Positions 39,191-49,226 of a stretch of 64,000 nucleotides of DNA are shown here, piece by piece. Source of the DNA: Trueperaceae bacterium (GTDB lineage: Bacteria; Deinococcota; Deinococci; Deinococcales; Trueperaceae). The position numbers were made by a program, and so were the translations under genes. Location: positions 160,001 to 224,000 of the forward strand of contig JAXHNB010000002.1 in the NCBI GenBank assembly GCA_034520945.1. Reading direction: 5' to 3'. Each line of letters starts with the position of its first letter. The stretch's first letter is position 1. A model generated the notes under the pieces. That model saw only the letters and a program-made list of their open reading frames with translations. It was not told the origin of the DNA and made no database searches.

Positions 39191-39915
39191 GGCCGCGCTC
39201 GCAGCACGACCCACTGCCGGAACGGCCCGAGGGGCTCCACCCGCCAGCGGGCCGGCGCGCGGAGGCGCACCTCGGCCGGCGTGAAGGCGCGCCGGATGGA
39301 GCGGAACCCGTCCTCCCGCACGAACGAGCGTCGGAACGGCCACGAGATCAGCGCGAAGGCCGGGAGGGCCAGCGGGGTGCGCCGAAGGTCGGCGTGCAGA
39401 GCCAATCTTGTCGACAGGCGGCCGGTGGTCGTGAGGAAGGCGGCGACCGCCTCGTCCGGAAGGTGGTGCAGCACGTGGTTGGACACCACCAGGTCGTAGC
39501 GGTGACCTCGGGACGCCAACGTTTCTGCGTCGCCGGCCACGAACCGCACGTTCGGCGGCGAGGCGCGCTCCTGGGCGTACGCCAGCGCGCGCGGGTCCGG
39601 ATCCGCGCCGGTGATGCGGACCGGGAGGCCGTCGCGCGCCGCCCAGGCCGCCAGGCGGCGCGCCAAATCCCCACCGCCGCAGCCGACGTCCAGCAGGGTG
39701 GGCGTCCGGCCTTCGGCCTGGACGGCCTCGAGGGTCGGGCGGAGCCTCCGGGCGTAGGCGGCCCGCCACGCGCCCACGAGCTGGTTCACGACCGCGAACT
39801 GCGCGTAGGTGCGTTGGAGGCGCGCCGGGTCGCAGCGCGGGTCGTCCATCCGTTCCCGCAGGCGCTCCGCCCGCCGACGAAGCCACGGGTCCCCGGCGTG
39901 CGGGGGCGCGTTCAC
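39187..39915 (-). CDS. Class I SAM-dependent methyltransferase
   Basis: ERMDDP, LLDVGCGGGD, SNHVLHH, DGFRSIRRAF. Confidence 0.88.
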   Translation of the reverse strand: MNAPPHAGDPWLRRRAERLRERMDDPRCDPARLQRTYAQFAVVNQLVGAWRAAYARRLRPTLEAVQAEGRTPTLLDVGCGGGDLARRLAAWAARDGLPVRITGADPDPRALAYAQERASPPNVRFVAGDAETLASRGHRYDLVVSNHVLHHLPDEAVAAFLTTTGRLSTRLALHADLRRTPLALPAFALISWPFRRSFVREDGFRSIRRAFTPAEVRLRAPARWRVEPLGPFRQWVVLRARP

Positions 39916-41021
39916 GTGCGGCGCAATAGGCCCGACGCCACGGTCAGGCCGGGTCCGAACGCCAGGGCCAGCACCGGCTCGCCGCGCGGGCGTTCCTCGC
40001 GGAGCAGTTCTTGCAGGACGAACATCACCGTCGCGCTGGACATGTTGCCGTACGCGGCCAGGACCTGCCGGGAGGCGGTCAGCGCGTCGGCCGGCAGGCT
40101 GAGTTCCGCGTCGAGGCGATCCAGGATGGCGCGCCCGCCGGGATGCACCGCCCAGCGCGGCACCTCGTCCTGTGACACGCCGGCCTCCGCTAGGAGCGGA
40201 TCCAAGGCGGACGTGGCCTCGTCGGCCACGATGCCGGGAACGTAGCTCGACAGCACCATCTCGAATCCGTGATCGCCGAGCGTCCAAGCCATGTCGTCGT
40301 GCCCGCGGGGGGCGAGGCCGTCCGCGAAGCCGACCAGCTCGTAGGCCGGCCCCCGAGGGTCCCGGGCGCTGACCACCGCCGCCGCGCCGCCGTCGGCGAA
40401 CACGCTTGCGGCGATCATGGCGTCGTCCTCGCGGGTGGGCTGCAGGTGCAGCGTGCACAACTCGACCATGGCCACCAGCACCACCGCGTTCGGATCGGCG
40501 CGGCAGAACGCGCGCGCCATGCGCAGGGCGGGGAACGCCGCGTAGCACCCCATGAAGCCCAGGTGGTAGCGCTCGGTTCCCGGACCCAACCCCAGGTCCC
40601 GCACGATCTCCAGGTCGGGTCCCGGGGCGTAGAAGCCGGTGCATGACGCCGTGACGACGTGCGTGACGTCCGACGCGTCGAAGCCCTCGGCGCTCGCCAG
40701 CGCGCGCCGGGCCACCTCCGGGAACAAGTGCCCCGCCTCGCGCCGGTAGCGCGCGTTCCGCTCCGCCGTGCCGGGCGAGCGAAAGCGTCCGTCCGCGTCG
40801 AGGTAGAACCCGTGCCCCTCGCCTTTCGGGGGGCCGTCCGGCGCGAAGTCCTCGATCACGCTGTGACGGGTGCGGATGCCGGAGCGGCGGTAGATGCCGG
40901 CCAGCAGCCGCTCGGTGCGGCGTTCGCCCCCGATCCAGGAGCGCATCACCTGGTGCGCGTGCGTCTGCGAATAGGACGGCTCGGGCACGGCTGTCGCGAG
41001 GGCGTGAACGTACGGCGGCAT
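39912..41021 (-). CDS. Type III polyketide synthase
   Basis: Cys-His-Asn triad: MGCY, VHPGG, YGNMSS; also FADG and FGPGLT. Confidence 0.95.
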   Translation of the reverse strand: MPPYVHALATAVPEPSYSQTHAHQVMRSWIGGERRTERLLAGIYRRSGIRTRHSVIEDFAPDGPPKGEGHGFYLDADGRFRSPGTAERNARYRREAGHLFPEVARRALASAEGFDASDVTHVVTASCTGFYAPGPDLEIVRDLGLGPGTERYHLGFMGCYAAFPALRMARAFCRADPNAVVLVAMVELCTLHLQPTREDDAMIAASVFADGGAAAVVSARDPRGPAYELVGFADGLAPRGHDDMAWTLGDHGFEMVLSSYVPGIVADEATSALDPLLAEAGVSQDEVPRWAVHPGGRAILDRLDAELSLPADALTASRQVLAAYGNMSSATVMFVLQELLREERPRGEPVLALAFGPGLTVASGLLRRT

Positions 41022-41097
41022 GTGGGCACCATATCCGGCGGCGTGCGTGGCGCACGTGGGCCGGCAGGCAGGGCCGCCGGCTGCGGTAGCGTCGGGC

Positions 41098-42210
41098 GTG
41101 CCGAGCGTTCAGGTACATGCCACGACGTTCGATCGGACCCGCGGGGGCGCGCCCGTGACCCGCCACCACGTGCGGGCGGACGACGGGTCCGGCTTCGCCG
41201 TGCTGGATTTCGGTGGGGCGATCACCGAGGTGCGTGTGCCCGACCGTTGGGGCCGCATGCGCGACGTGACCCTCGGCTGGCCGGACGCGGCCGGCTACGA
41301 ACGCAACGACGCCTACCTGGGCGTGGTGATCGGCCGGTGCGCCAACCGCGTGGCGGGCGGCGAACTGCCCGTGGGTGGCCGCACCCACGCCCTGCCCCGC
41401 AACGAGGGCAGGCACCACCTCCACGGCGGGCCCGGCGGGTTCCACGTGCGGACCTGGGGCGTGCGACCCGTCGGCACGGCCGCCGGTCCCCGCGAGGAGG
41501 CGGACGGGACCGACCGGGACGAAGGCGGCGTGGAGCTCTGGCGCATCAGCCCGGCGGGGGAGGAGGGGTACCCCGGCAGGCTGGAGGTGCGGGTGCGCAT
41601 GACGTGGTCCCTGGCGCACGCGTTGCGGATCGTGTTCCACGCCACCGCCGACGCGCCGACCGTGGTGAACCTCACCCAGCACCCCTACTGGAACCTGGCC
41701 GGCAGCGGCACCATCCTGGACCACGACCTCACCGTGCACGCCGACGCCTACACCCCGGTGGACGCGGACGGCATTCCCACCGGCCAGATCGCACCGGTGA
41801 CGGGCACGCCGTTCGACCTGCGCGCGGGCGGCCGACTGACCCGCGTGGTGACGGCCGACGATCCCGCCATCCGCGCCGCAGGCGGCCTGGACCACAACTA
41901 CGTGCTTCGCCCCGCCGATCCGGGCGTGGCGGGCTGCACGGCGGCCGCGACGCTGTCGGACCCACGGTCGGGCCGCCGGCTGCAGGTCCGGACCACCGCG
42001 CCGGGCCTGCAGGCGTACAGCGGCAACGGCCTGGGGGGCGGCCGCGCCGGGCACGCCGGTCGGCCGTACGCGCGGCACGGCGGCATCGCACTCGAGGCGC
42101 AAGGGTTCCCCGACGCCCCGCACCATCCGTACTTCCCCTCCTGGGCGGTGACGCCCGAGGCGCCGTTTCGGCGCGAGGTCGTGTACGCGTTCGGGGCCGA
42201 CGCTCGCTGA
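41098..42210 (+). CDS. galM: Aldose 1-epimerase (mutarotase)
   Basis: GRCANR, HLHGG, GYPG, NLTQHPYWNL, DHNY, LEAQGFPD. Confidence 0.9.
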   Translation: MPSVQVHATTFDRTRGGAPVTRHHVRADDGSGFAVLDFGGAITEVRVPDRWGRMRDVTLGWPDAAGYERNDAYLGVVIGRCANRVAGGELPVGGRTHALPRNEGRHHLHGGPGGFHVRTWGVRPVGTAAGPREEADGTDRDEGGVELWRISPAGEEGYPGRLEVRVRMTWSLAHALRIVFHATADAPTVVNLTQHPYWNLAGSGTILDHDLTVHADAYTPVDADGIPTGQIAPVTGTPFDLRAGGRLTRVVTADDPAIRAAGGLDHNYVLRPADPGVAGCTAAATLSDPRSGRRLQVRTTAPGLQAYSGNGLGGGRAGHAGRPYARHGGIALEAQGFPDAPHHPYFPSWAVTPEAPFRREVVYAFGADAR

Positions 42211-42232
42211 GCCGTGCCCAGGTGGCGGGGGT

Positions 42233-43170
42233 TCAGCCGGCCGGCAGGCCGGCCTGCAGCAGCGCCACCACCACCGCCACCGTCAGCAGCGAGAGCGCGG
42301 TCGACACGATGACGGTGCCGGCGACCTCCTCGGCGTCGCCGCCGAACTCCAGCGCCAGCATGAAGGTGTTCACCGCCGGCGGCATCGCGCCCAGCAGCGT
42401 CAACACGGCCAGATCGAGACCACCCGCGCCCACCAGCCGGCCCGTGAGGTACGCGGCGCACGGGCCGACCAGCAGTTTCAGCCCCGATCCCATCAGGTGC
42501 ACGCCCGTCGGGGGGCGAAGGCCGCGGCGCTGCACCTGAAGGCCCAGCGTCAACAACACCAGGGGGATGGCGGCGTCCCCGAGCAGCTCGAGCCCGCGGG
42601 CCACGCCCGTGGGGACCGGCAGCGCCAAGAGGTTGAACGCCACGCCGAGCGCCGCGGCCCACAGGGGGGGAAGTCGGGCCACGCCGCGCAGCCGGCGGCC
42701 CAGATCCACCCCGCCGGGCGCGCCGTCGCCGTGGTGACGGGGCCCCGCCAACACCAGCGGGCCGATCGTGAACAGGGTCAGTACCGAGAACACGTACAGG
42801 ATCAGGGCGCGCTGCAGGCCCGCCTCGCCGAAGGCGAACAGCGTGATGGGCAACATCAGGTTGGCGGAGTTGCCGAACATGCTGGTCGCCACCAGCCCCG
42901 TCCGCTGGACGCGGGGAAGCGCAGCGTGGCGCCCCACGCCACGAGCGCCATGACCAGGAGGTACAGGGCGTTGGCGCCCACCAACAGCGCCACGTCGGCC
43001 AGGACCAGCGGCATGTCCAGCAACGAGGTGAACACCAACGCGGGAAGGGTGGCGTACAGCGCCACCCGGTTGATCGGCGTGGGGTCCGGCCTGAACGCCG
43101 CGCCGAGGAGCGCGCCCGTGAACACGACCAGGAAGGCCGGCAAAACGACGTCGAGAAGGGCCGGGATCAC
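42233..43170 (-). pseudogene. AEC/auxin-efflux family permease with one frameshift near 42910
   Basis: MIPALLDVVLP...PALVF in one frame; FGNSANLMLP, GDAAIP, AMPPAVN in another. Confidence 0.78.
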
Positions 43171-43179
43171 GGGGGCGTC

Positions 43180-43794
43180 CTACCCTTCGGCCCGCAGCGG
43201 CGCCGTCGCCAGGACGTGGTGCCTTGGCCCGTCGGGACGCAGTTCGCTGGCGAACACCGTCACCGCCTCGGCGCGGTCGGTGGGGCCGTGCCAGCCGTCC
43301 GGCAGGTGGACCGGGTGGCCCCGCCCCCGGAGGCGGCCGACGGTGAGGTGCGGCGTGAACGGCTTGTCGTCGCCCGTCAGCAGGCCCGCCTGGCGCAGGG
43401 CGGCGTCCAGATCGGCCTGGAGGCGACGGACCGGCGGGCCTCCTGGGCCGACGCCGATCCACAGCACCCGCGCCCGCCGGGGGGCGGGGAAGGCCCCGAA
43501 GCCGGCGGGGGCCCAGGCGAACGGCGTGTGGGCGGCCGCCACCTCGCGGACGATCTCGGTGGCGGCGCGCACCTCGGCGCGGTCCAGGCCGCCCAGGAAC
43601 GCCAGCGTCAGGTGGACGGTGGCGGGGTCGGCCCATCGCACGGGGGTGCGTTTCGTGCCTTCGGGGATCACGTCGGCGTGGGCGAGCCGGTCGATCGCCT
43701 CGTGCACCGCGGCGTGCTGGCGGGCGCTGGGACGCAGCGCCACGAAGGTGCGGGTGGTCTCGGCTCGCGTTCGGATCGGGCACGTCCGTACCAT
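43180..43794 (-). CDS. thpR: RNA 2',3'-cyclic phosphodiesterase (2H family)
   Basis: RTFVAL, HLTLAFLG, GAFP..RARVLW and FTPHLTVGR motifs. Confidence 0.88.
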   Translation of the reverse strand: MVRTCPIRTRAETTRTFVALRPSARQHAAVHEAIDRLAHADVIPEGTKRTPVRWADPATVHLTLAFLGGLDRAEVRAATEIVREVAAAHTPFAWAPAGFGAFPAPRRARVLWIGVGPGGPPVRRLQADLDAALRQAGLLTGDDKPFTPHLTVGRLRGRGHPVHLPDGWHGPTDRAEAVTVFASELRPDGPRHHVLATAPLRAEG

Positions 43795-43974
43795 GGGACG
43801 TTCCACCGGCCCGGCGCAAGGGAACGCGCGACCGGTATGCTCGGGGCACGACCTCGCGGTGCGGACGCGCGGTGCCGCCTGCCGGCACCGCGCGGCTCGC
43901 CCGGATTTCATGGGATCGCCGTTGCGACGCCGGGCGCCGTAGCGGAGGATCGATTCGTGCTTGGAGGACGCGTG

Positions 43975-44352
43975 ATGCGTATTCGCTCCCGTTGGCTTTT
44001 ATCGTCGCTCGCCTCGTTGTTGCTCGCCGGCATGGCCGGCGCGGCCCCGCCGTGCGGCGTCCTCCTGGGGGGCTACCTGGAGGACCACGACGGCGAGGTG
44101 GTGCCGTGCCTGGTGGACCTTCAGGAGGACGCCCTCTGCTTCGGACTGGAGGACATGACGGTGAATACCGCCACGCGGACGTTGGACGCGCACCTGCAGG
44201 CGCAGGGCGTGCCGCGCCCGGTTTGGGACACCACCCCGGCCGGCAACGCCACGCGCGTGAACACGGAAAGCGGCGACCGGCTCGAGGTCGTCCTCGCCGC
44301 CGACGGCGCGTTCACGACCATGGGGACGTGCCGGATCGTCTACGAGCGTTGA
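43975..44352 (+). CDS. Small secreted hypothetical protein with four Cys
   Basis: RBS GGAGG, signal-like N-terminus, GC3 bias. Confidence 0.6.
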   Translation: MRIRSRWLLSSLASLLLAGMAGAAPPCGVLLGGYLEDHDGEVVPCLVDLQEDALCFGLEDMTVNTATRTLDAHLQAQGVPRPVWDTTPAGNATRVNTESGDRLEVVLAADGAFTTMGTCRIVYER

Positions 44353-44359
44353 GGGGGCG

Positions 44360-47300
44360 TCAGCCGGCGTAGTGGTAGCCGCGCACCGCGATGGGCCCCT
44401 CGAGCCCCACCACCCGGTGGGCCCGCAGCGTCCAGGCGCGCCCGTCGCGGTGTAGGACGCCGTCCACCACCAGCATCCGCGCGTCGCGCAGGGTGCGCCA
44501 CTGGGCGTCCCACAGGTCGGGCGTGATCACCACCTGCACGCGGTCGGTGCCGTCCTCGATCACGAAGAAGGCGAACCCCTTGGCGGTCTGCGGTTTCTGG
44601 CGCGCCACGATCAGGCCGCCGAGGCGCACCTCGCCCTCCCGGGCCTGGGCCATGGGGGTGACGCCCAGGTCCAGGAGTTCGCGCCGCATCAGGTCGACCG
44701 GGTGGACGCCGGCCTCGTTCATGCCCTTCAGTTCGTAGTCCCAGACGATCCGTTCCGCCTGCGCCAGGGCCTCCAGCGGCGGGGTGGGCGGGGTGGTGGC
44801 GAACAGCGGGGTGCGGCCCGGCGGGGTGGTGTGGTGCAGCGCGCGGGCTTCGAACAGGCCGTCGCGGCGTGCCTGCAGGGCGTCGAAGGCGCCGGCCCGG
44901 GCGAGCGCCTCCAGCGCGCCTCCGTCCAGGGCCAGGCGGTGGTACAGGTCGCGCACGCCGCGGTAGGGGCCGCCCCGCGCGCGTTCCATCACGACCTGGC
45001 GGGCGTGCGCGTCGGAGACCCCCTTGACGGCGTGCAGCGGGGGGCGGATGCGGTCGCCTTCGGGGCCGCGCTCGACGCGGTAGGCGACGCCGGAGGCGTT
45101 CACGCACAGGGGCGCGACGTCGACGCCCCAGCGCCGTGCCTCCTGCCGCAGGGTGGAGAGGGGCCACATGCCGGGATGCTCGGTCATGACGGCGGCGAGG
45201 TAGGGGGCGGGGTGGTGGTGCCGCAGCCAGGCGCTGACGTAGGCGTGCAGCCCGAACGCCCAGGCGTGCGATTCGGCGAAGCCGTAGCCGCGGAAGGCGG
45301 CCATGGCGTCGAAGATCGCCTGCGCCTCCTCGGGCGTGCAGCCGCGCGTGCGCATCGCGCCCTCCACGAAGGCGTGGTGCCAGTCGCGGATCTCGGCCTC
45401 GTCCTCGAAGGTGGTGACCTTCTTGCGGAACCGCTCGGCGTCGCTCCAGCTCATGCCGGCGACGTGCACGGCGATGCGCATCAGGTCCTCCTGGAACAGG
45501 ATCACGCCGTAGCTCTTGGCCAGCACCGGCTCCAGCGAGGGGTGCAGGTAGGTGACCGGCTCGCGGCCGTTGCGGCGCGCCACGTAGGGGTGCACCGTGT
45601 CGGACTGGATGGGGCCGGGCCGGAACAGCGCCACCTGGTGCGCCAGGTCGGTCAGGGTGCGGGGCCGCAACTGGGTGGAGAGGCGCACCTGGCCGGGCGA
45701 CTCGATCTGGAACAGGCCCATGGTGTCGCCCTCGCGGATGCGGCGCCACACCTCGGGGTCGTGGGGCGGGTCGCGCACGTCCAGCCAGCGGCCTTCCAGG
45801 CGGTACACCTCCTCGCGGGTGCGTTCGAACACCCCCAGCATCCGCAGGCCCAGCAGGTCCAGCTTCACCAGCCCGAGGGCGGGCGCGTCGTCCTTGTCGA
45901 ACTGCAGCAGCTTGAGCCCGCCGCTGGAGCGTTCGATGGGGCTGTAGTGCGCCAGCGGTTCGCGGCTCAGCACCACCCCGCCGGCGTGGGGCGCGACGTG
46001 CCGCACGAAGCGCGGCTCCATGCTGCGCATCAGGCCCAGCAGCTGCGTCAGCACCGGCGCGTCGCCCAGCACCTCGCGGAAGGCGTCTTCCGCCTCACAG
46101 GCGTGGTGCGGGCGGCGGTGGCGGTGCTGGCGGCCGAGGGCCTTGCCCAGGGCGTCGCGCGTGTCCGGCGGGATGCCGAGCGCGCGGCCCAGGTCCTGCA
46201 CGGCGCTGGGGAGGTAGTAGGTGATGCGGTTGCACACCATCGCCTCGGTGCGGGCGCCGAAGCGGCGCTCGACCCAGGCCAGCACCTCGTCGCGGCGGCC
46301 GGAGGCGATGTCGACGTCGATGTCGGGCGGGCTGGTCTTGCCGCCGTGCAGGAACCGCTCGAACAGCAGGTCGTGCTCGATCGGGTCGGCCTGGGTGACG
46401 TCCAGCAGGTAGCACAGGATGCTGGCGGCGGCGGAGCCGCGCCCGCTGGCGACGATGCCGCGGGCGTGACAGTAGTCGGTGACCTCGGCGGTGGCGAGGA
46501 AGAACTCGGCGAACCCGAGCGCGCGGACGGTGGCGAGCTCCTCGTCCAGGCGGGCGCGGGCCTTCGCCAGCGCCTCGCCGCGGTAGCGGTCGCGCAGCGC
46601 GTCCCAGGCGCGGCGTTCCAGGTGTTCGTCGGCGGTGAGTCCTTCGGGCACCCGCGCCTTGGGGGGGATCAGCCGGTCGGGCAGCAGCGGCCAGCGGCAG
46701 GCCTCGGCCAGCGCCTCGGTGTTGGCCAGCACGTCGGGCAACGTCAGCGGGAGGTCCGGCAGCGGCGTGAGGTCGTGCAGGTCGGGGTGCGGCACGAACG
46801 CCGCGTCGTTCTGGGGGCGCTCCGGGTGCGGGTCGTCGACGGTGATGCCGAGGCGGGCGCACGTCAACGCGTCGTAGAGGGGGTGCAGCTCGCGGGTGGC
46901 GTACCGCACCTCGGGGGCGGCCACGGCCGGCAGCCGCCAGCGCTGGGCCAGGCGCCGCAACGCCCGGCCCCGCCGCCGGTCGCCGGGGTGCGCGCCGAAG
47001 TAGAGCTGCACCCAGAGGCGGTCTGGGAAGATCGCGCCCAGCCGCTCGAGCAGCCGCTCGAGATCGGAGAAGCGGCGGGCGGCCAGCAGGCGGCTGGGGA
47101 ACCCCGCGCGCCCGCCGGTGAGGGCGTGCAGGTCGGTGGCGTGCGCCTCGAGCATCGCGGGGGTGATCTCGCCGCCCTGCTGGTGCGCGATGGTGAGCAG
47201 CTCGTTCAGGGCGGCGTAGCCGTGGCGGGAGGCGCTCAGCAGCGGCAGCGGCCAGCAGCCGGCCTCGTCGCGGAGCCGCACGGTTGCGCCGATGAGGGCG

Positions 47301-47533
47301 TGCATGCCGCGGTGGCGGGCGGCGCGGTGCGCCTCGACCGCGCCGTACACGCCGTTCAGGTCGGTGAGGGCGAGGGCGTGGTAGCCCAGCTCGGCGGCCC
47401 GGTCGACCAGCCGCGTGGGGCTGCTGACGCCGTGCCCGAAACTGAAGTAGGACTGCACGTTCAGCAGATGGCGGAGGCGGCCCGGGGCGGAACGCCGGGT
47501 CGGCTCGGGCGCGCCTGGTGGGGCGGCGCGCAT
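44360..47533 (-). CDS. dnaE2: Error-prone DNA polymerase III alpha subunit
   Basis: GRGSAAAS, FERF, PPDIDVD, KLDLLGL, GLFQIESP, YGFAESH, QKPQTAKGFAF; degenerate PHP domain. Confidence 0.95.
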   Translation of the reverse strand: MRAAPPGAPEPTRRSAPGRLRHLLNVQSYFSFGHGVSSPTRLVDRAAELGYHALALTDLNGVYGAVEAHRAARHRGMHALIGATVRLRDEAGCWPLPLLSASRHGYAALNELLTIAHQQGGEITPAMLEAHATDLHALTGGRAGFPSRLLAARRFSDLERLLERLGAIFPDRLWVQLYFGAHPGDRRRGRALRRLAQRWRLPAVAAPEVRYATRELHPLYDALTCARLGITVDDPHPERPQNDAAFVPHPDLHDLTPLPDLPLTLPDVLANTEALAEACRWPLLPDRLIPPKARVPEGLTADEHLERRAWDALRDRYRGEALAKARARLDEELATVRALGFAEFFLATAEVTDYCHARGIVASGRGSAAASILCYLLDVTQADPIEHDLLFERFLHGGKTSPPDIDVDIASGRRDEVLAWVERRFGARTEAMVCNRITYYLPSAVQDLGRALGIPPDTRDALGKALGRQHRHRRPHHACEAEDAFREVLGDAPVLTQLLGLMRSMEPRFVRHVAPHAGGVVLSREPLAHYSPIERSSGGLKLLQFDKDDAPALGLVKLDLLGLRMLGVFERTREEVYRLEGRWLDVRDPPHDPEVWRRIREGDTMGLFQIESPGQVRLSTQLRPRTLTDLAHQVALFRPGPIQSDTVHPYVARRNGREPVTYLHPSLEPVLAKSYGVILFQEDLMRIAVHVAGMSWSDAERFRKKVTTFEDEAEIRDWHHAFVEGAMRTRGCTPEEAQAIFDAMAAFRGYGFAESHAWAFGLHAYVSAWLRHHHPAPYLAAVMTEHPGMWPLSTLRQEARRWGVDVAPLCVNASGVAYRVERGPEGDRIRPPLHAVKGVSDAHARQVVMERARGGPYRGVRDLYHRLALDGGALEALARAGAFDALQARRDGLFEARALHHTTPPGRTPLFATTPPTPPLEALAQAERIVWDYELKGMNEAGVHPVDLMRRELLDLGVTPMAQAREGEVRLGGLIVARQKPQTAKGFAFFVIEDGTDRVQVVITPDLWDAQWRTLRDARMLVVDGVLHRDGRAWTLRAHRVVGLEGPIAVRGYHYAG

Positions 47534-47751
47534 CAGTCGAGGATCCGTTCCAGGCGCCAGTGGCCGTCCTGCACGAACACTTCGGCGACGAGGTCCCCGT
47601 CGAGGTCCAGCAGGTAGTGGTCGCTGGGCGTTTCGCGTCGCCACCAGCGGTTGCCGACCCGCCAGGCGTCCAGCACGCCCCGCACCGCGCGGGGTCGGCC
47701 GTCCTCCAGCGCGACCCGGTGGGGGAGGCCGTCACGGAGCGCGACGCGCAT
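47533..47751 (-). CDS. ImuB C-terminal-like small protein (DUF6504-like)
   Basis: VLDAWRVGNRWW...DHYLL...WRLERILD; translationally coupled to dnaE2. Confidence 0.8.
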   Translation of the reverse strand: MRVALRDGLPHRVALEDGRPRAVRGVLDAWRVGNRWWRRETPSDHYLLDLDGDLVAEVFVQDGHWRLERILD

Positions 47752-49135
47752 GGGGAACTGCCGTGGCGGGGGTGGGTGCGCGGGGGGGCGCGGGCGCCGG
47801 GACGGGCGCGGGCCACGGCACGGGGGCGTCGGTGGCGGCATCCCGCAGCGCCCAGCGGAGGCGTGGGCGCAGCGCGTCGGGGTCGTGCAGGACGAAGCGG
47901 CGCGCTTGGCCGGGGAAGCGGGCGTGGACGGCGCGGGCGGCCTCGGCCCGGCGGCGGCGCTGGGGCCAGAGCTCGCCCGGCTGGTTGCGGTGGGCCAGGC
48001 CGGACAGCTCGATCTGCACGGCGTCGACGCCGAGCGGCACCAGCTGCGTATCGTGCAGCGCGAGCCGCGCCAGCCCCAGCAACCGCCGCTCCTCACGCAG
48101 CGGTTGCTTGGCGCGGCGGGTGGCGTCGCTGTGCAGCCCCGCCGCGGTGGCGGTGACGCGGACCCGTTCGGCGCTGCGTTCGCCCAGCGCGTCTGCGGCG
48201 CGTTGGACCAGCCGCGCCAGGATCGGGTCGAGTTCGCGCGGTTCGCGGGCGGCCTCCTCGAACGCGTGCCCGGCGGTGATCACGGGGGGCGGGCGGCGGG
48301 GCGGCACCCGGTCGGTGCGGGGGCCGTGCAGCACCGGTTCCAGGGTGCGGCCGTCCTCGCCGAGGAAGGCCCGCAGCTGGGCCGGCCGCCAGCGCCGCAG
48401 GGCGCCGATGGTGTCGACGCCGAGCCAGGCCAGCCGCGCACGCTCGGCGGGGGAGAGGCCGACGCCGCCCAGCAGGTAGAGGGGCGCCGCGTCGAGACGG
48501 TCCCAGGGATCCTCCCCCCTCGGGAGGATCGCGGTGCGGCCGGGCGGGCTCAGGTAGGACGAAAGGTGGGCCTCTTCGACCGTGTCGGCGCCGCCGACCC
48601 GCGCGCCGGTCCGTTCGGCGAAGGCGGCGGCGTCGTGCGCGTCCCCTTCGAAGGCGACCACGCCGCTGCGGATCGCCACCACCCGGGGAGAGACGGCGTG
48701 CATGCCGTCCAGGAAGGCCTCCCAGGCGGCGTCGACCTCGGGGCCGGCGGCGGGCAGGACGCGCAGGGCGGGCAGGCGTTGCCGCGCGCCGGCCAGCGTC
48801 ATGCCCTCGCGTACGCCGGCGGCGCGGGCGGCCGCGTCGGCGTGCGCGACGGTGCGCCCGTCCTCGCTGCAGGCGAGGGGGGCGGGCCCCGTGCCGTCCG
48901 GGACGGGAGGGCCGCTCGCCGCTGTGCCGGGCGCCGTGTTGGGCGCTGCGGCAGGTGCGAGCTCGAGCGCGGCGTCGAGCCGCCCCCAGCGGTGGGCCCA
49001 CAGCGCGAACGGTTCGACGCTGGCGACGAGGACGCGCAGCGGGGCGGGGCGCGGGGTGGGCGCGCGGTCCGCGGGGACCGGTCCGGGCCCGTCCTGGACG
49101 CGGCGCGCGCCGGGGTTCGTGGTACGATGCGACAT
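47732..49135 (-). CDS. Y-family polymerase-like ImuB/ImuY, catalytic Asp motifs absent
   Basis: ARAAGVREGMTLAGARQRLP, SPRV, LAWLGVDTIGAL; upstream of dnaE2. Confidence 0.82.
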   Translation of the reverse strand: MSHRTTNPGARRVQDGPGPVPADRAPTPRPAPLRVLVASVEPFALWAHRWGRLDAALELAPAAAPNTAPGTAASGPPVPDGTGPAPLACSEDGRTVAHADAAARAAGVREGMTLAGARQRLPALRVLPAAGPEVDAAWEAFLDGMHAVSPRVVAIRSGVVAFEGDAHDAAAFAERTGARVGGADTVEEAHLSSYLSPPGRTAILPRGEDPWDRLDAAPLYLLGGVGLSPAERARLAWLGVDTIGALRRWRPAQLRAFLGEDGRTLEPVLHGPRTDRVPPRRPPPVITAGHAFEEAAREPRELDPILARLVQRAADALGERSAERVRVTATAAGLHSDATRRAKQPLREERRLLGLARLALHDTQLVPLGVDAVQIELSGLAHRNQPGELWPQRRRRAEAARAVHARFPGQARRFVLHDPDALRPRLRWALRDAATDAPVPWPAPVPAPAPPRAPTPATAVPHARRAP

Positions 49136-49169
49136 CGCCGGGCACGACCTTTCGTGTCGGGACGATTCG

Positions 49170-49226
49170 TTCGGACGTACCGTCGGGCCGCCACAGCCAT
49201 CGGTACGTCCGAATCCGTTTCGGACG
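49170..49226. promoter_or_regulatory. Three TTCGGACG half-sites forming overlapping inverted repeats upstream of imuY
   Basis: TTCGGACGTACCG (49170-82) / CGGTACGTCCGAA (49201-13), plus CGTCCGAA-N5-TTCGGACG (49206-26). Confidence 0.6.

Noticed and set aside
39187..42126. 979-aa ORF and other long Arg/Pro/Ala-rich or antisense ORFs (e.g. 44702-47617, 1484-3532)
   Set aside because: Shadow frames expected at very high GC; they overlap well-supported genes
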